Below, piece by piece: positions 38,434-52,741 of a stretch of 64,000 nt of DNA. Below the pieces are notes generated by a model, which was not told the origin of the DNA, ran no database searches, and was given only the letters and a program-made list of their open reading frames with translations. How positions within the stretch are numbered: the stretch's first letter is position 1; each line of letters starts with the position of its first letter. This stretch comes from Eledone cirrhosa. Its lineage: Eukaryota. The stretch spans positions 330,832,001-330,896,000 of the forward strand of contig OZ024743.1 in NCBI GenBank assembly GCA_964016885.1. Reading direction: 5' to 3'. The position numbers and the translations under genes were made by a program.

Positions 38434-39186
38434 ATATGTATGTATGTGTATGTATGTGTGTATGTATGTAAATATGTGTGTGTATGAGTGTGTGTATATA
38501 TATAAATGTATATAAGGTTGTGTGTATGTATGTGTGCGCGCGTATGTGTGTGTATATGTGTATGTTTGTGTAGGCGATGCTTCTCCGACCGGATATATGG
38601 CGCGACTTCCGCAGCCGTTATAAGGCTTGTGGCGATATGTATCTAGAAGTGGGTGTGACTGGGTCCGTGGAAGTGAGGAGAGCGTGTGTGTGTATATATA
38701 CATATATGTATGTGTGTGTGAGGGGGGGGTCTACGCATGTATGCGTACGTGTGTGTATGCACGAATGTGTCTGTATCTGCATGTGTGTGTATATGTGTGT
38801 GTATATTGGTATGTGTGGGTGACTACTCTGGAGTGTGAATAGACGTGTGAGATACTGAACCCAGCATGACTCCATTGAAGTGTGTCGGACGGAAAATGGC
38901 TGGTGACCCGTGTAGCAGTAAATACTGACCAGAACTTATGATGACGTGGAGTAAAAACCACCAATAGCATGACAAGAGTGGAAGAGGTTTTTTTTAGGGT
39001 GTTTCTTTATGAGAACACCCCAGTGATAACATTTGCTCCGGACGAACTACCCGTGTCTGAAAGAATCTGCAGCCGTAGAATCAGCCAGATCCATACAGGG
39101 ACCATGTCTCGAGCTACCTGCCGGCGAAACAATTGTAACACGCAGTAAATTAAGTCCAGATGCATCATTGATTTTTCCTTTCCTTT
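36528..39186. mobile_element. Inverted pair of about 310-bp PLE-like LTRs (36528-36838 minus, 38877-39186 plus) enclosing an inner fold-back and microsatellites
   Basis: Arms are diverged reverse complements; hammerhead-like motifs at 36575-36665 (-) and 39052-39142 (+). Confidence 0.75.
37009..37561. repeat. Inner inverted repeat with arms of about 237 bp (37009-37246 and 37324-37561)
   Basis: TACACTGTATGCTTAATTAAAATC...ATACAGAGCGGTTGC mirrored by GCAACCGCTCTGTAT...TTAAGCATACAGTGTA. Confidence 0.92.
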
Positions 39187-39189
39187 ATA

Positions 39190-39905
39190 TATATATATAT
39201 ATATAATTCTTTGTCTGTCTGTCTCTCTGCCTGTTCCTACGCATCCTCAAATAGCTCGACTAAATCAAATCAAATTTTACAAGCTATTAGACCCCGGGAG
39301 TGTCAACATGTCATTTTTATTTTCATTTGGATTAAAACAATATAACATTTTAACTAAAATAATCCTTCTATAGTAAAGGACATTTTATACCACCACCACC
39401 ACGACGATGACATCACATTTTTTATATGAGTGTGTATGTGTCTGTGAGTGTGTGTGTCTTTGCGAGTTCGTTACGTACGTTAGGCCTCAGAGAATTAAAC
39501 ACACATACATATAGCCTTAGTAAGTTGCATACACATTATCTTCACACACAGAGAATTAAATACAATTGATCTACTCAAAAATTAACATATGTATTGACAG
39601 ACAAGTAATAGGTGTGAGTGAATGTATGTCAGTGTGTGTCTGTCTTAGTATATGTATATGAGAATGTATGTGAGAGTGTATGTGTGTGTGAATGTGTGTG
39701 TGTGTGAGTGTATGTGAGAGTGTATGTGTGTGAGTGTGTAGCAACGTTTCAAGGCCCATATTTGACCATACCTCCAGAATACAAGAGGCATCAAATTAGT
39801 GACCTTTCTTCAGGTGCTTATACAATTTCATCTATCTAACCATCTATCTATCTATCTCCCTGTCTCACTCAGTCTCTCTCTTTCTCTCTCTCCCCTCTCC
39901 CCCCT

Positions 39906-39945
<40 letters not shown>

Positions 39946-41187
39946 AAAACATGAATAGATATAATGTCGAATCCTCCTATTTGTAATATGAAATCATTAT
40001 TTCAAAAAGACTAAAAAAAGAAAATGTATAGTAAAACAACGATCATGAAGATACCTGGGGGGGGGGGGGGGGACACTCTGCATGAAACCCAAATCGTATG
40101 GGGTGTACTAACATACTTCATGTAGTGATCCAAGAAATTTCAATTAATTTTAAATTACACCGCTAGTGTGAAGAAAGAATGATTATCGTAATGATAAACT
40201 ATGGTCAAATAAGTCACGAGAGATAACCAGAAACTTCAATCAATCATAATTAGTGAAAAATAGTTTGCGAACATTCATTCTGGTTTTAATAAATCTTTAT
40301 TAATTACAACTTATTAACTACATTCAATATATTGGCAGTGTGTATGTTGTATAGAATAATGGTTTCTGATTTAGGCAGAAGGCCAATAATTTGGGGTGAA
40401 AGGAAAGTCGATTAAATCGACCCCAGTGCATTACTGTGCTTTATTTTATCGACCCTGTAAAGATGAAAGGCAAAGCTAAACTCGGTTGTTTTCAACTCAA
40501 AACGTAAAACGCTGTAACTCTATATCGTAAAACAAATCATGTTGTCTGACGCTCTACCGATTACTGCAAATCCACCGCCTTTTATAATGTACAGAATAAT
40601 GAAGAAAACAGAGTTGGAAGAGACGTTAGAACATCGGATTAAATGTCCCCTTATTTGTTCCTGTGATCTGAGTTCAAATCCCGCCGAGGTCAACTTTGCT
40701 TTTCATCCTTTCGCTGTTGATAAAGTACCAGTCCAGTAATGGGGTCGATTCATCTTGTATCTTTCTCACTTTAATTGCTCGGTTTAGCATCACCACCTGG
40801 CTCTTTGGGGGGCATTATCGGAGTCTAATCTGCTGCTACTCATCTGTGTTAGTTCCCCCGTTAGAGGTAAACTTTGTCTCGGGTCCTGAAAACTCACATG
40901 GGCTCTACCATCCCTCCACTAAGTCCTTGGAGAAACAAACAAAAGCAAAATATAAGAGAAATAGTAACAGAAGCAGTTTTTCATGTATTTTTTGGTAAAA
41001 TTATTTTACAACTGTTTAAGTGAAGGAAGTATAAATAAATTATTATATGGTGAGAGTACATCTGTTGGGTCAAATCGTGAGTATTTTAAAGATCTCTTTT
41101 CGTCGAACCTCAAAGTTGTGTGACATAGTCACGGGCTCAAACGTAAGCATAGACATGGGGACAGGTATATATACACGCGCACACGCA

Positions 41188-41285
<98 letters not shown>

Positions 41286-42157
41286 CTATATAAATTGGAA
41301 GTGGTCGGACGTTGTAAATTTAAGTAAGTAAGTGTAGTCGGATAAACGTCGAAACAGCTTGGTGGAATGCAGCGAAAATTTACAGTTATGCAGAATGGCC
41401 CGAGGAGGCTTTGGGTTGACTTTTAGGGTACAAGCTTCCATGGTTACGGAGAAAATCGATGAAACAGGAATTTTCCATTCAAATTGAACTGAGAGTAATC
41501 TGTGAACGCAGAAGTAAATATTTCGAGAAACGTTCCAACCGAACGAAAACAGGAAGACGATATTTTGTTTCGTGAAGACGTTCCCTGGCAATGAATGAAA
41601 AAAAAGCGAGGATAATACGTCGTTTTGTGGAGCTAGAAGAACAATTTCAAGCAAAGACAAGACCAAGTTTATGGTATAAATGGAGTCGTTAGACTAATAT
41701 TCTATTTAACATAACAGAATGATTTCCAGCCCCGGAGTTTAAGAATGATGTAAATAAAATTGAAAACGAAAATGACAGAGGTTATTAAAATAGTAAAAGT
41801 AAATAGTGAAAATTTAGGCCATACATACCTATGCCCCGACGGACATACACATACATACGCACACACAAATACTCCCCCCCCCCCCCACACACACACACGC
41901 ATTACTGCAATACAACAAAACGTCATAACTTCTGGAGTCCGCAACCGATTTTCACAAAACTTGACACGTGGGCTACGTTTGTCCTACAGATGAATGTGAA
42001 CTCTCAGAATTGGCACATATTGAGTAGGGGAATCCTCTTTTGGAAAAAGCCGATGATTTTGTAAAAGTATAGTTTTCAAAGTACCACTGAAGTATTGACA
42101 TAAATGGTATACACAACTGCTATTTAATACCCGAGCAACGCCGGGTACCTCTGCTAG
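39190..42157 (+). mobile_element. Probable non-autonomous Helitron with nested SINEs (3' end firm, 5' end tentative)
   Basis: 3' end CCCGAGCAACGCCGGGTACCTCTGCTAG|T; candidate 5' end TATATAATTCTTTGTCTGTCTGTCT near 39200; subterminal ACCGATTTTCACAAAACTT. Confidence 0.5.
40355..40750. mobile_element. Two divergent family A SINEs (40355-40580 minus; 40610-40750 plus)
   Basis: Family A core on both strands. Confidence 0.78.
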
Positions 42158-42202
42158 TATATATATATGTTGGAAAATGTGTGAGATCCTTGGTACAATT
42201 AG

Positions 42203-42369
42203 GTATATTTGAAAAAAAGGAAAAGAATGACTTCACTTGTAGTGTTAACAAATTTTAACAAAGAACTTACTGGATCTACTAACTCAGAATATTATAATAT
42301 TATAACAGTAAATCATAAATTTTTTTAACACTACAAGTGAAGTCATTCTTTTACTTTTTTTCAAATATA
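42203..42369. repeat. Fold-back repeat in (TA)n; related sequence at 60376-60578
   Basis: AAAAGAATGACTTCACTTGTAGTGTTAA / TTAACACTACAAGTGAAGTCATTCTTTT; the flank TTGGAAAATGTGTGA...TTAGGTATATTTGA is shared with 60379. Confidence 0.75.
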
Positions 42370-42519
42370 TATAAATATACATACATATATATATAAGAAG
42401 CTGTCTGGTGATATCATAGCACTGGGTATGCGGAATCGCATGGCCATTCTCGCCATTGAAATATGTATCACAGCCTTATCAACAAAGGACTTTAACATCT
42501 GAAACTACTTCGCATTTTA

Positions 42520-42703
42520 TTTGGCAGTATCGGTAGAGGGTCGGACGCCATGTTTTGACGTATAGAGTAACGGCTCTTGCCATTCTGAGTTCAAATCCCG
42601 CCGAGGTTAACTTTGCCTTTCATCCATACGGGGTCGATAAAATAAAGTACCAGTAATGCACTGGGTAATTGCTGGCCTTGTGCTAAAAGTAGAAACAATT
42701 ATT
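42520..42703 (+). mobile_element. SINE family A
   Basis: Full head, core and tail. Confidence 0.9.
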
Positions 42704-43137
42704 CTATATATCTATATCTATATATATATATACATGTGTGTGTGTGTGTATATATATATATGTGTATGTGTGTGTATTCATTTTATTACAGAAATGACTC
42801 CTTCAAGACTAGAACTTCTTCATTCGTAAGAAATAACGGTGCAGAGGGACGGAACCCATAACCACAGGGTTGCGAAGTGAAGTCCTTATTTGCAAATCTA
42901 AGCCCGTGCTTATATTTATTTTTAATATGTCTCTCTGTTAAAACATTAGCTATATCTGTTAATAAGAATTATCTTTCTTGATAAGTTCGTGTTTTTCGAC
43001 TAAATTCCAACTATCTGAAACAAAAAGCTCTCTGAATAACCATCTGTTGACCAAGGTTTAGTGTGTTGTTAAGAAATACGAAATATATGATATGTGACAT
43101 CTGACTGATAAAATGACAAGTCAGTCAATCATATAAG

Positions 43138-43290
43138 TGGCCTCCTCAGAGCCCCGGCGGACAGAATGGAGAAGGCGTTTCCCCGGAGGACGGCAAGGGA
43201 GACGCGCCGGAAAAGCCATTCCAACTCGCGAGGCACACACCTGCAGCTGGCCAGCTACTCACCACCATAGGGGCTGAGCTGGCCAGCCAC
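43138..43290 (-). mobile_element. CRE-like LINE C-terminal fragment with a short 5' inversion
   Basis: Minus strand LASCRCVPRELEWLFRRVSLAVLRGNAFSILSAG; 43255-43290 holds the upstream LTTIGAELAS segment in the opposite orientation. Confidence 0.7.
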
Positions 43291-43359
43291 TATCTCTGTT
43301 TCTATGTTAAAACATTAGCTATCTCTGTTTATCTACATTGAGAGCTCACCTCTTCCTAA

Positions 43360-43833
43360 GTCTGAAGTCAGTTTCAAGCCAGGAGGCTCGTCAGGCTGGT
43401 GCTTATCCAACCCAGTGTCGTTGAGTGAAGCGACTGACAGTACAAGACTCACCGCTGGACAGGACGCCAGTCCATCGCAGGGTTAAATCCCCAGCTATTG
43501 CTGGTACTCGTTTTCAGCTGAGTATACTGGAGAAATGTAAAATGAAGTGTTTTGCTCAAGAACACAACAGAGAACCCAATCCAGGAATCGAACCCACGAC
43601 ATTATGATCGTAAGTCCAACACCCTTACCACTAAGCCACGTATAATTGTTTCTACTTTTGGCACAAGGCCAGCAAATACCCAGTACATTACTGGTACTTT
43701 ATTTTATCGACCCCGTAAGGATGAAAGGCAAAGTTAACCTCGGCGGGATTTGAACTCAGAATGATAAGGGCCGTAACTCTATGCGTCAAAGCATGGCGTC
43801 CGACCCTCTACCGATACTGCCAAGCCACCGCCC
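43360..43833 (-). mobile_element. Adjacent SINEs: family B (43360-43641) and family A (43642-43833)
   Basis: Reverse complements of the elements at 3442 and 5577. Confidence 0.88.
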
Positions 43834-43920
43834 ACTAGGCCACGTATAATGATATCTATTTCGAGATATGTTGGACTGTTTCACGCGTGATAGTTTCACC
43901 TTTCGGCACACACACACATA

Positions 43921-44060
<140 letters not shown>

Positions 44061-44061
44061 C

Positions 44062-44177
<116 letters not shown>

Positions 44178-44273
44178 GATGAAAGCGCACCATAATTTGA
44201 CTTGGTGTCCTTGAAATATGTATAATGAAATAAATATGGTTTTATAAATATAGTTTCCATTTGTTAATATATC

Positions 44274-44314
<41 letters not shown>

Positions 44315-45749
44315 GATCGATCGACTTTCGTCACGAGGAAACAATGTTTTCGTCGGTCTTTTCAATTGCTAGCACTACCTATCGGTCGCAACTATATATA
44401 TAGTTAAACATTATAGATATTGTTTGACAAATGTCTTTTAAACAGAAAAAACTACTATAAATAACTTAACTCTACCAAATATAAAGATATTTGTTTTGTC
44501 TATTTATAGAAAACGAGAATTTTACATACATACTTACAGATAGCGAGAGAGGGTGAGAGAGGTGTACACACTTATATAGTTAAGTATAATATATACATAA
44601 ATAAATATATATGTCTGTGTGAGTGTACGAGCGTCTGTGTGTCGTTTGTTCGGACGCGCGTGATCGAATGTTTTCTTAGCAATCATTAGATTGCGTGACA
44701 TCTTGGACAATTTTAACACCGCTCTAACCTAGGTGCAGAATCTGTCACCCTCTTTCCTTCCCCCCTTTCTGTGTTACTTTCTTTAGTAGTGCTTGCTCCT
44801 CCCCTCCTTTTCCTCTCATTTATAGCATTTATAGTCCTTTCCAACACTGCGTTCATCTTCTCTATGTTTAACCAAATAAAAATAAAATATTGTAATTTTA
44901 GGCAAATGTCATTTACTATAGCCCGGGGGGGGGGGGGGGGGACATTCCTTGTGAGTGACCATTCCAGTTTAGGGACCCGTCGCAAGGACAGCGCTTGTAA
45001 TTGAAAGAGCCATGCTTGTTTGTTACACATCGTGCCACGCTGAATCTTCCTGAGAATTACCTTAAATTTATATGTGTCTGTGAAATGCTCAGCCAATTTT
45101 GAGCCCCCCATTGAGTTCAGCAAATTTTGAGTCGCCATTGTGCTCAGCTAGTCATGCTATTGCCGAAAATAGCGGAGGTGTATTCCGTTCTTCCAGATGA
45201 ACCAGATACTGGAAAATTCCATCAAATACAATCAACGTGTTTCATTCGGTGACAGTATGTGGACGGACAAAATCAATGACGTGAATCTCTCAGATTCTTC
45301 CAGATTCTTCCACGGTATATTTAATGCTTTTGATACATCGCCAGTTTTCTTAATTCTTTCATAAAATAAATTTTATTTCCTATTTCCCAAACCTCTCTAT
45401 CGTTCTGAGATTCTTCAGTTGGCGGCAATTCTCAAGTGAGACATGCTTCTAAATCTAAATTACATGTCTAATCATTCGATTATAATGCTAAATGGTTTCG
45501 CTACTTCCATCAATTTATAATTTCCGTTTTTGAACGGAACCTCTAATTAATTGCGCATTATTAACTGTTGCAGGGTTACAATGGCTCACTAGACAAGCTT
45601 TTACATTCTCGCTTATCACATAGCCTGTGAGATTATATCACGGAAAAAAATCAAGTTAACTTTAGTATACATACATACATATATACATACATATACATAC
45701 ATACATACATACATACATACATACATACATACATACATACATACATACA

Positions 45750-45783
<34 letters not shown>

Positions 45784-45790
45784 CATACAT

Positions 45791-48765
45791 AGGACATGTG
45801 ACAATGCTCCTTACATGCAAACAAACACAAAAAAACCTCACTCCTCACCAACAAAGAGTGAAAAATGAAATAGAGACGATGTTTGGTAACAGTAGAACCA
45901 GAACTCTCCAATATAAACTGATCGCCCTCAAACAAGAATTGAGAGCTGTTAGCGAAAAACGCCGATACCTGAAGAAGGTAGATGGGAGAAAAATGCTTAA
46001 TAAAAGATTCAGACGAAACCAAACATCAGTCTATGGAGATATGAAGGGCAAAATAATAAGTGGCGCTGAGACCCCATCCCAGAAAGACATAGATTCCTTT
46101 TGGAGAAAAATATGGGGTGAAAAGAAGAATTTCAACCAAGATGCAGTGTGGCTAAGAGAAATCCGAAAGAACTATTGCTCCTACACTACAACAAAAACAT
46201 ACGAAATAAGTGAGGGTACCCTTGAGACTGTGATAGGAAAACTCCAAGATAAGAAAACACCAGGAAGAGACATGATTGTCGGCTACTGGTAGAAAAAACT
46301 AATATTCTATCGGAGGTATCTTACTGACCTCTACCAACAAGTTCTTAAGGGAGATACACTTATACCAGAATGGTTGACATTAGCACAAACGTTACTGGTC
46401 CCCAAGAACAAAGACACCCACTTGGCAAAAAACTACCGACCCATTGCATGCCAGAGCCTGATGTATAAGATGTATACAGTCTGCCTGAACCTATTCTTCC
46501 AAGATCACTGTGAAAATAATAACATCATCACAGATGAACAAGCAGCTGGAAAGAAAGGGGTTTGGGGATGTGCTGAACAACTCCTAATCAACAAAACTGC
46601 GATGTCGGAGGTGCGACAACTTAGGATGAATATGACTACAGTCTGGCTGGACTACAGGAAAGCTTCGAATCTGTTCCCCACTCTTGGATGATAGAGGCCC
46701 TCCAACTTGCTAAAGTCCCAGACATTATTGTCAGAGCCATAGAGAGGCTGTCTTCTTCTTGGGCTACTATCCTAAGGTTAAAGACAGAGAGGGAGGACTC
46801 TATTTTCACTGATAAAATAAAATATTGCAGGGGTATATTTCAGGGGGACAGTCTCTCTGTGATATTGTTCATCTTGTCATTAAACCCCTTGTCCTTTCTG
46901 CTCAAGAAATGTGAGGGATACATCATTGGCTCACAGGAGGACAGAAATACGAACCTAACCCATAACTTCTTTGTGGGCAATCTGAAACTCTATGCCAAGA
47001 ACATGGATGGGATGAAGAAAAATCTTGACCTGCTTACAACGTTCTCAAAGAATATAGGAATGGAGTTTGGCCAAGATAAATGCTCATAGATGACTGTAAA
47101 GCGGGTAAAAACAACAACCCAATCTAGCAACATTGTCATCAATGGTCTAACTGTTTCACCGATATCTGATGAGGACTGCTACAGATACCTGGGGATAGAT
47201 GAGAACATATCCTATAATGGTATCTGTAATAAAGAACGCGTAACCAGGGAATACTACACCCGATTAAGAAAGATCTGGTCATCGGAACTCTCTGCGCAAA
47301 ACGAAACAGTGGTTCACAATGTGTTTGCTGTGCCTGTCCTAACACCAACATTTGGAATACTCAATTGGACGATAGACGAAATCCGAGCAGTTGATGTTGG
47401 AACTCGAAAAATACTAAACAACACCGGAAACTTCCACATCAACAGTGACATAGACCGCCTTTACTTGAAACGTAAGCAGGGAGGGAGAGGCCTAACATCA
47501 GTCCAAATAACATTTGAATGTCGCATCATATCTCTCCGACAACATCCACAAACCTCGAAGCGTAGGAGCCCGCTTCTCGAGCAAGTCTATCTGCATGAAA
47601 CAGATAAGATCATGAGAGATGGGAAGGAACTCCTTGAGAGATATTCCCTGTGTGATAATCAAAAACTCACACCCAGGGATGTCGCTCAGCAGTATCGCAG
47701 AGAATCCATGGATGAAAAACTGCATGCCTATCAGCAAAAGATCATGCATGGTTATGTTGCCAGGAAGCTCCAGAGTGAGAGTAATATAGATAAGGAAAGT
47801 AATCTATCTTGGACCAAGAACCGCTATATTGGCTCCCACTTTGAAGGATACGCTTTTTCAATCCAGGAAGAGGAGATTAGCACGAAATACCTGATTCACA
47901 AAAGAGATAGGGATGCAGGCAAAACACCTAGATGTGATAACAAGTGCAGACTCTGCAGAACTAACATCGAGGATATCACCCATGTCATCAGCAGCTCTCC
48001 AAAGATGTCATCGCGGTACTATCTACCTATGAGGCATGATGTAGTGGCCAAAACACTGTACAATGCAGTTCGTAAAAAAGATAGCCCCGATAATAAACAC
48101 ATTAAAAGCTACAACAATGTGGAAGACATCCATGTACATAATATGAAAGAGTACTGGTGGAATGTTCCAGTAAAAACCCCAATAAAATGCAAGCATAACA
48201 GACCAGATATTATGATATGGGACAGGGAGAAGAAAACATGCACAGTAGTGGAAATTAGCTGCCCAGCAGATGCCAATATAATATCAAAGATTAGTGAAAA
48301 GGAGAATATTTATGCAGAACTGATGAGAAATCTGCAGATACTCCACCCTGATTACACCTTCAGATTTATGCCTGTGATTATTGGGGCACTGGGATATGTT
48401 AGTAACTGCCTCAATACAAATCTTGAGAAGCTAGGCTTCACAGGAACAGAAAGAACACAACTAGTTAGGAAATTACAAGTACAATCCATTAATGGAACAG
48501 TAAAAATATGTAAAACATTCCAAAAATGTTGCATCTAATAACTGCATATACACATGTACAGATACAAAGCATATACACATGCACACATACAACTCAAAAC
48601 ATCCACATCCACACATACAATAACATCCATATCTACACATGCATGCATACATATCTACCTAGTTGATGTTGTGTAAATTCCAATGAGAGAGTCTTGTGTC
48701 TATATTAGAAACCGACTCTCTCTCTATTGGTAAAATTTTGTGAAATTATAAAACCAGAAGAACAT
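45791..48765 (+). mobile_element. 5'-truncated R4/Dong-like non-LTR retrotransposon (RT + zinc knuckle + REL endonuclease), flanked by (TACA)n
   Basis: NYRPIAC, EQAAGKKG, WLDYRKA, RGIFQGDSLS, YRYLG, RLYLKRKQGGRGL, CRLCRTNIEDITHV, RHD, NRPDIMIWD, EISCP motifs. Confidence 0.92.
45798..48538 (+). pseudogene. Disrupted R4/Dong-like ORF
   Basis: Stops at 46290 and 47087, frameshift near 46670, catalytic DD replaced (FFVGNLKLY); the last 482 codons are open. Confidence 0.88.
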
Positions 48766-48836
48766 AAATACATACATAAATACATACATACATACATACA
48801 TACATACATACATACGCACACACATACATACATACA

Positions 48837-48870
<34 letters not shown>

Positions 48871-48979
48871 CACACACACATACATAAATACATACATACG
48901 TACACACATACATACATAAATACATACATGCATACATACATACATACATACATACATACATACATACATACATACATAC

Positions 48980-49010
<31 letters not shown>

Positions 49011-49027
49011 CATACATACAAGACATA

Positions 49028-49765
<738 letters not shown>

Positions 49766-49767
49766 TA

Positions 49768-50173
49768 GAGGCCAGCAATTTTGAGGGAGGGGAAAGTCTA
49801 TTAAATTGACTCCAGTGCATTACTAGTACTTTATTTTATCGACCCCGTAATGATGAAAAGCAAAGCTAACCTCGGGGGTATTTGAACTCAGAATATAAAG
49901 GGCCGTAACTCTATGCACCAAAGCATGTTATCCGATGCTCTAATGATACTGCCTATCAATAACAATAATAAGAATTATTATTTCTAAGATTGACACAAGG
50001 CCAACAAGCTGGTGGGGGGAAGGGAAAGTCAGTTGTGTCGAACCCAGTACTGAATAAATCGTATTTTATTTTATCGACCCCTGAAGAATGTAGGACAATG
50101 TTGACGCCGGCAGGATTTGAACTCAGAATATAGAGACTCAGAAGCATTTGATCAACGATTTAATGACTCCGCC
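49768..50173 (-). mobile_element. Two tandem family A SINEs (49768-49953, 49975-50173)
   Basis: TTTTATCGACCCC...ATTTGAACTCAGAA occurs twice. Confidence 0.8.
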
Positions 50174-50717
50174 AAAAAACAATAACGATATTAATTTAAT
50201 TAAGAGGAAGCTTTAGAATGTGAACTCATGACGCTTGCGCCATCACACAAAGCTCTTAATCTTAATATTAACTAGGTCAGCTTGTTAAGCTCAGCTTGTA
50301 ATAGAATAAAAAATACAAGTTAATAATTCGGCCGACGTCAACATATTAAGATAGACATCAGAAAACAATGAAATCCTACAAGCTGTAATTGTAATTTCGC
50401 TATTTCATGAATAAATGAATACTAAAATGTATAAAGTGTTTTAAAATGGCTGACAAGGACAACAGTAGAAACTGTGACAACAACATGGATCGAAGATTGG
50501 ATGACTGATCTGTTTATTCCCTAAAGGTAAAGAAAGAGAAATCTAAATATAACTAGTGTTTGATATAACGTTTGATTATATATCAGTAGAACTATTTAAA
50601 CAGAGATCAGTGAAGAGGTCACATCTGTATTTCTCAATCTTCAGTGATTGGAGATAAAGAAATTCCTGTGGCACTATTTCACTATTATGTACAGAATAAG
50701 TACTAATTATTGAAGAT

Positions 50718-50865
50718 AATTGGCAAAGTCGTTAGAACGTCGGCTAGAAAGCTTTGCAGTCCGGCTCTCTACGTTCTGAGTTCAAATACTGCCGAGGTCA
50801 ACTTTACTTTTCACACTTTCGAGGTCGATAAATAAAATCCCAGTTCAATATTGAGGTTGATTCTT
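50718..50865 (+). mobile_element. Family A-related SINE
   Basis: GAGTTCAAATACTGCCGAGGTCAACTTT...GAGGTCGATAAA. Confidence 0.75.
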
Positions 50866-51212
50866 CCTCTATATCTCTTCCTTACTCTCTCTCTCTGGAG
50901 AATACCCGTTCGGACGTCACACCCTCTCCATTTCTTCAAAATTATATACACACACGCACACACATATATATATGCACATACACACGCATTTTTAATTATC
51001 TATTCCTTATTTAATAATCATCAATCCATCTTCAACCTTAGTTTTATTGATAAAGTTATTTGGTTCATTTTGACCATAACCATCAATAACAACATTACTT
51101 CTTCTCTATGAATTTACACATGATTACGCCTCTCTATACGACATTAAACCGTGCGCATGCGCAGATACTGAAAACTTCTCTGCACGGCTTATGTCCCCCT
51201 AAGGAGAAACAG

Positions 51213-51374
51213 TTAGCTTTTGCCTCCTTGTCGTCTGCTTATTACTGCAGTGTGGCTTATTATAGAAAGGAAGGTTTCGGATAAATTAAAAGGGAAGTAT
51301 TTGGAACCAGCTCTAAAAAAATTCATTGGATTTCTTAAACCGAGAGTCTTCACAAAGGTCTTTACTCTCTCAGC
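51213..51374 (-). CDS. Candidate terminal coding exon of an unknown, possibly secreted, protein
   Basis: Acceptor TTGTTTTCTTCTTTCTTTCAG; only phase 0 is open: AERVKTFVKTLGLRNPMNFFRAG...ISRRQGGKS*; AATAAA at 51048-51043. Confidence 0.4.
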   Translation of the reverse strand, partial: AERVKTFVKTLGLRNPMNFFRAGSKYFPFNLSETFLSIISHTAVISRRQGGKS

Positions 51375-52491
51375 CTGAAAGAAAGAAGAAAACAAATCAA
51401 CCCTAGTAATTGACTGGTACATTAACGAGTTCGAAAGGTAAAGTTGACCTCGCCGGGATATGAACTCAAGGCGCAGTGATCGGGAATAAATACCGAGGAA
51501 TCTTTAACAATTCTGCCAATTTACCGCCTTAACATTTTGTACACCGAAAACAAAACATAACAAGCAAAAACAGTCCCATAAATAAGATGATAATATAATA
51601 GTCATAAAAAAAAGACTTTTTTCTTTCATAATTTATGAGAGGAAATTTGAAGATCCGAAACTGAAGCTAATATTTATTTGTGATGTAGCATAGCAATGAT
51701 TGCAAAATGGGCAAATATAGGAGAGGTGGAGCTACCCTAGAGGATAGAAATATGGGAGAGGGGATGGGTTTGTTGGATATACAAACAAAAAGAGGATAAA
51801 AATAATAATAATGATAATAATAATGGAGCATGAATGAAAAGAAAAGAAAGTCAAAGCAATAAAATTATAAACAAATCAACAAACTAATAAATAAATAAAT
51901 AAATAAAATGAAAAGGAAAGAAAGAAAGAAAGAAAGACGTAAAAGGAAAATTGAACAATACTGGGAAAAGAAAGAGGTTGAGAAAGATAAAAGAGAAGAA
52001 ATATTGGAATAGCAAAAAGGAATGAGAGGGAGAAAATATTGATTTGGCAGTTGGTGGAATGGAGGGAGAATATTGAGGAAAGAGAAGGGGGGGGGAGATG
52101 ATGGGAATGTGAGATAACACATGGGAAAAAGAAATAAACAAGAGAAAGAAAAAGTAAAATAAAGTGTAAGGTATGAATCACAACACATTATTGATGTAGT
52201 TGTCTCCTATATTTTCATCATTCATATCAATTTCCATGTTTTATTTCGCTCGGAAGTGTGTAGAGAGCGGAAAGGAAGCAATCTTGTGTCGCCATATTTC
52301 AAGAATTGATTCTGTTGAAGCCACATGACCTGCTGTATGACAAGATATGTACTTTAATGTTTCTTAGACCAGATTCCTTAAGTTTTACCAGATAAAAACA
52401 TAGAGTGGAAAATACACGGCAGTCAGGCCGTCATAGATGCTTATATTTACTTATATCAAATCTACATTTCCCCCTGCTCTCTCTAGCTTAC

Positions 52492-52697
52492 TGAAATATT
52501 TTCTGTTCTTTTGCTAAGTGCATTCTTATGACCTTCACCGAATTTCCCTTTCTCTCTTTTACCCCGGATTAATGGTTCTGTCAAGTAATCCGTCATATTA
52601 ATCAAACGTCTTTCTACAAATTCAAATCTCAACATCTCCAGCAAATCCTTCGATGACCTCTCTGACAATTGATTTTCTAATCTTACATAGGAACATG
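52492..52697 (-). CDS. Candidate internal coding exon (206 bp), prohormone-like
   Basis: Acceptor TTTACTTCCTTCTGTTGTAG, donor TCA|GTAAGC; one open frame: CSYVRLENQLSERSSKDLLEMLRFEFVERRLINMTDYLTEPLIRGKREKGKFGEGHKNALSKRTENIS; ends in phase 0. Confidence 0.45.
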
Positions 52698-52741
52698 CTA
52701 CAACAGAAGGAAGTAAATAGATGTTTTATTATTTATTAGAA

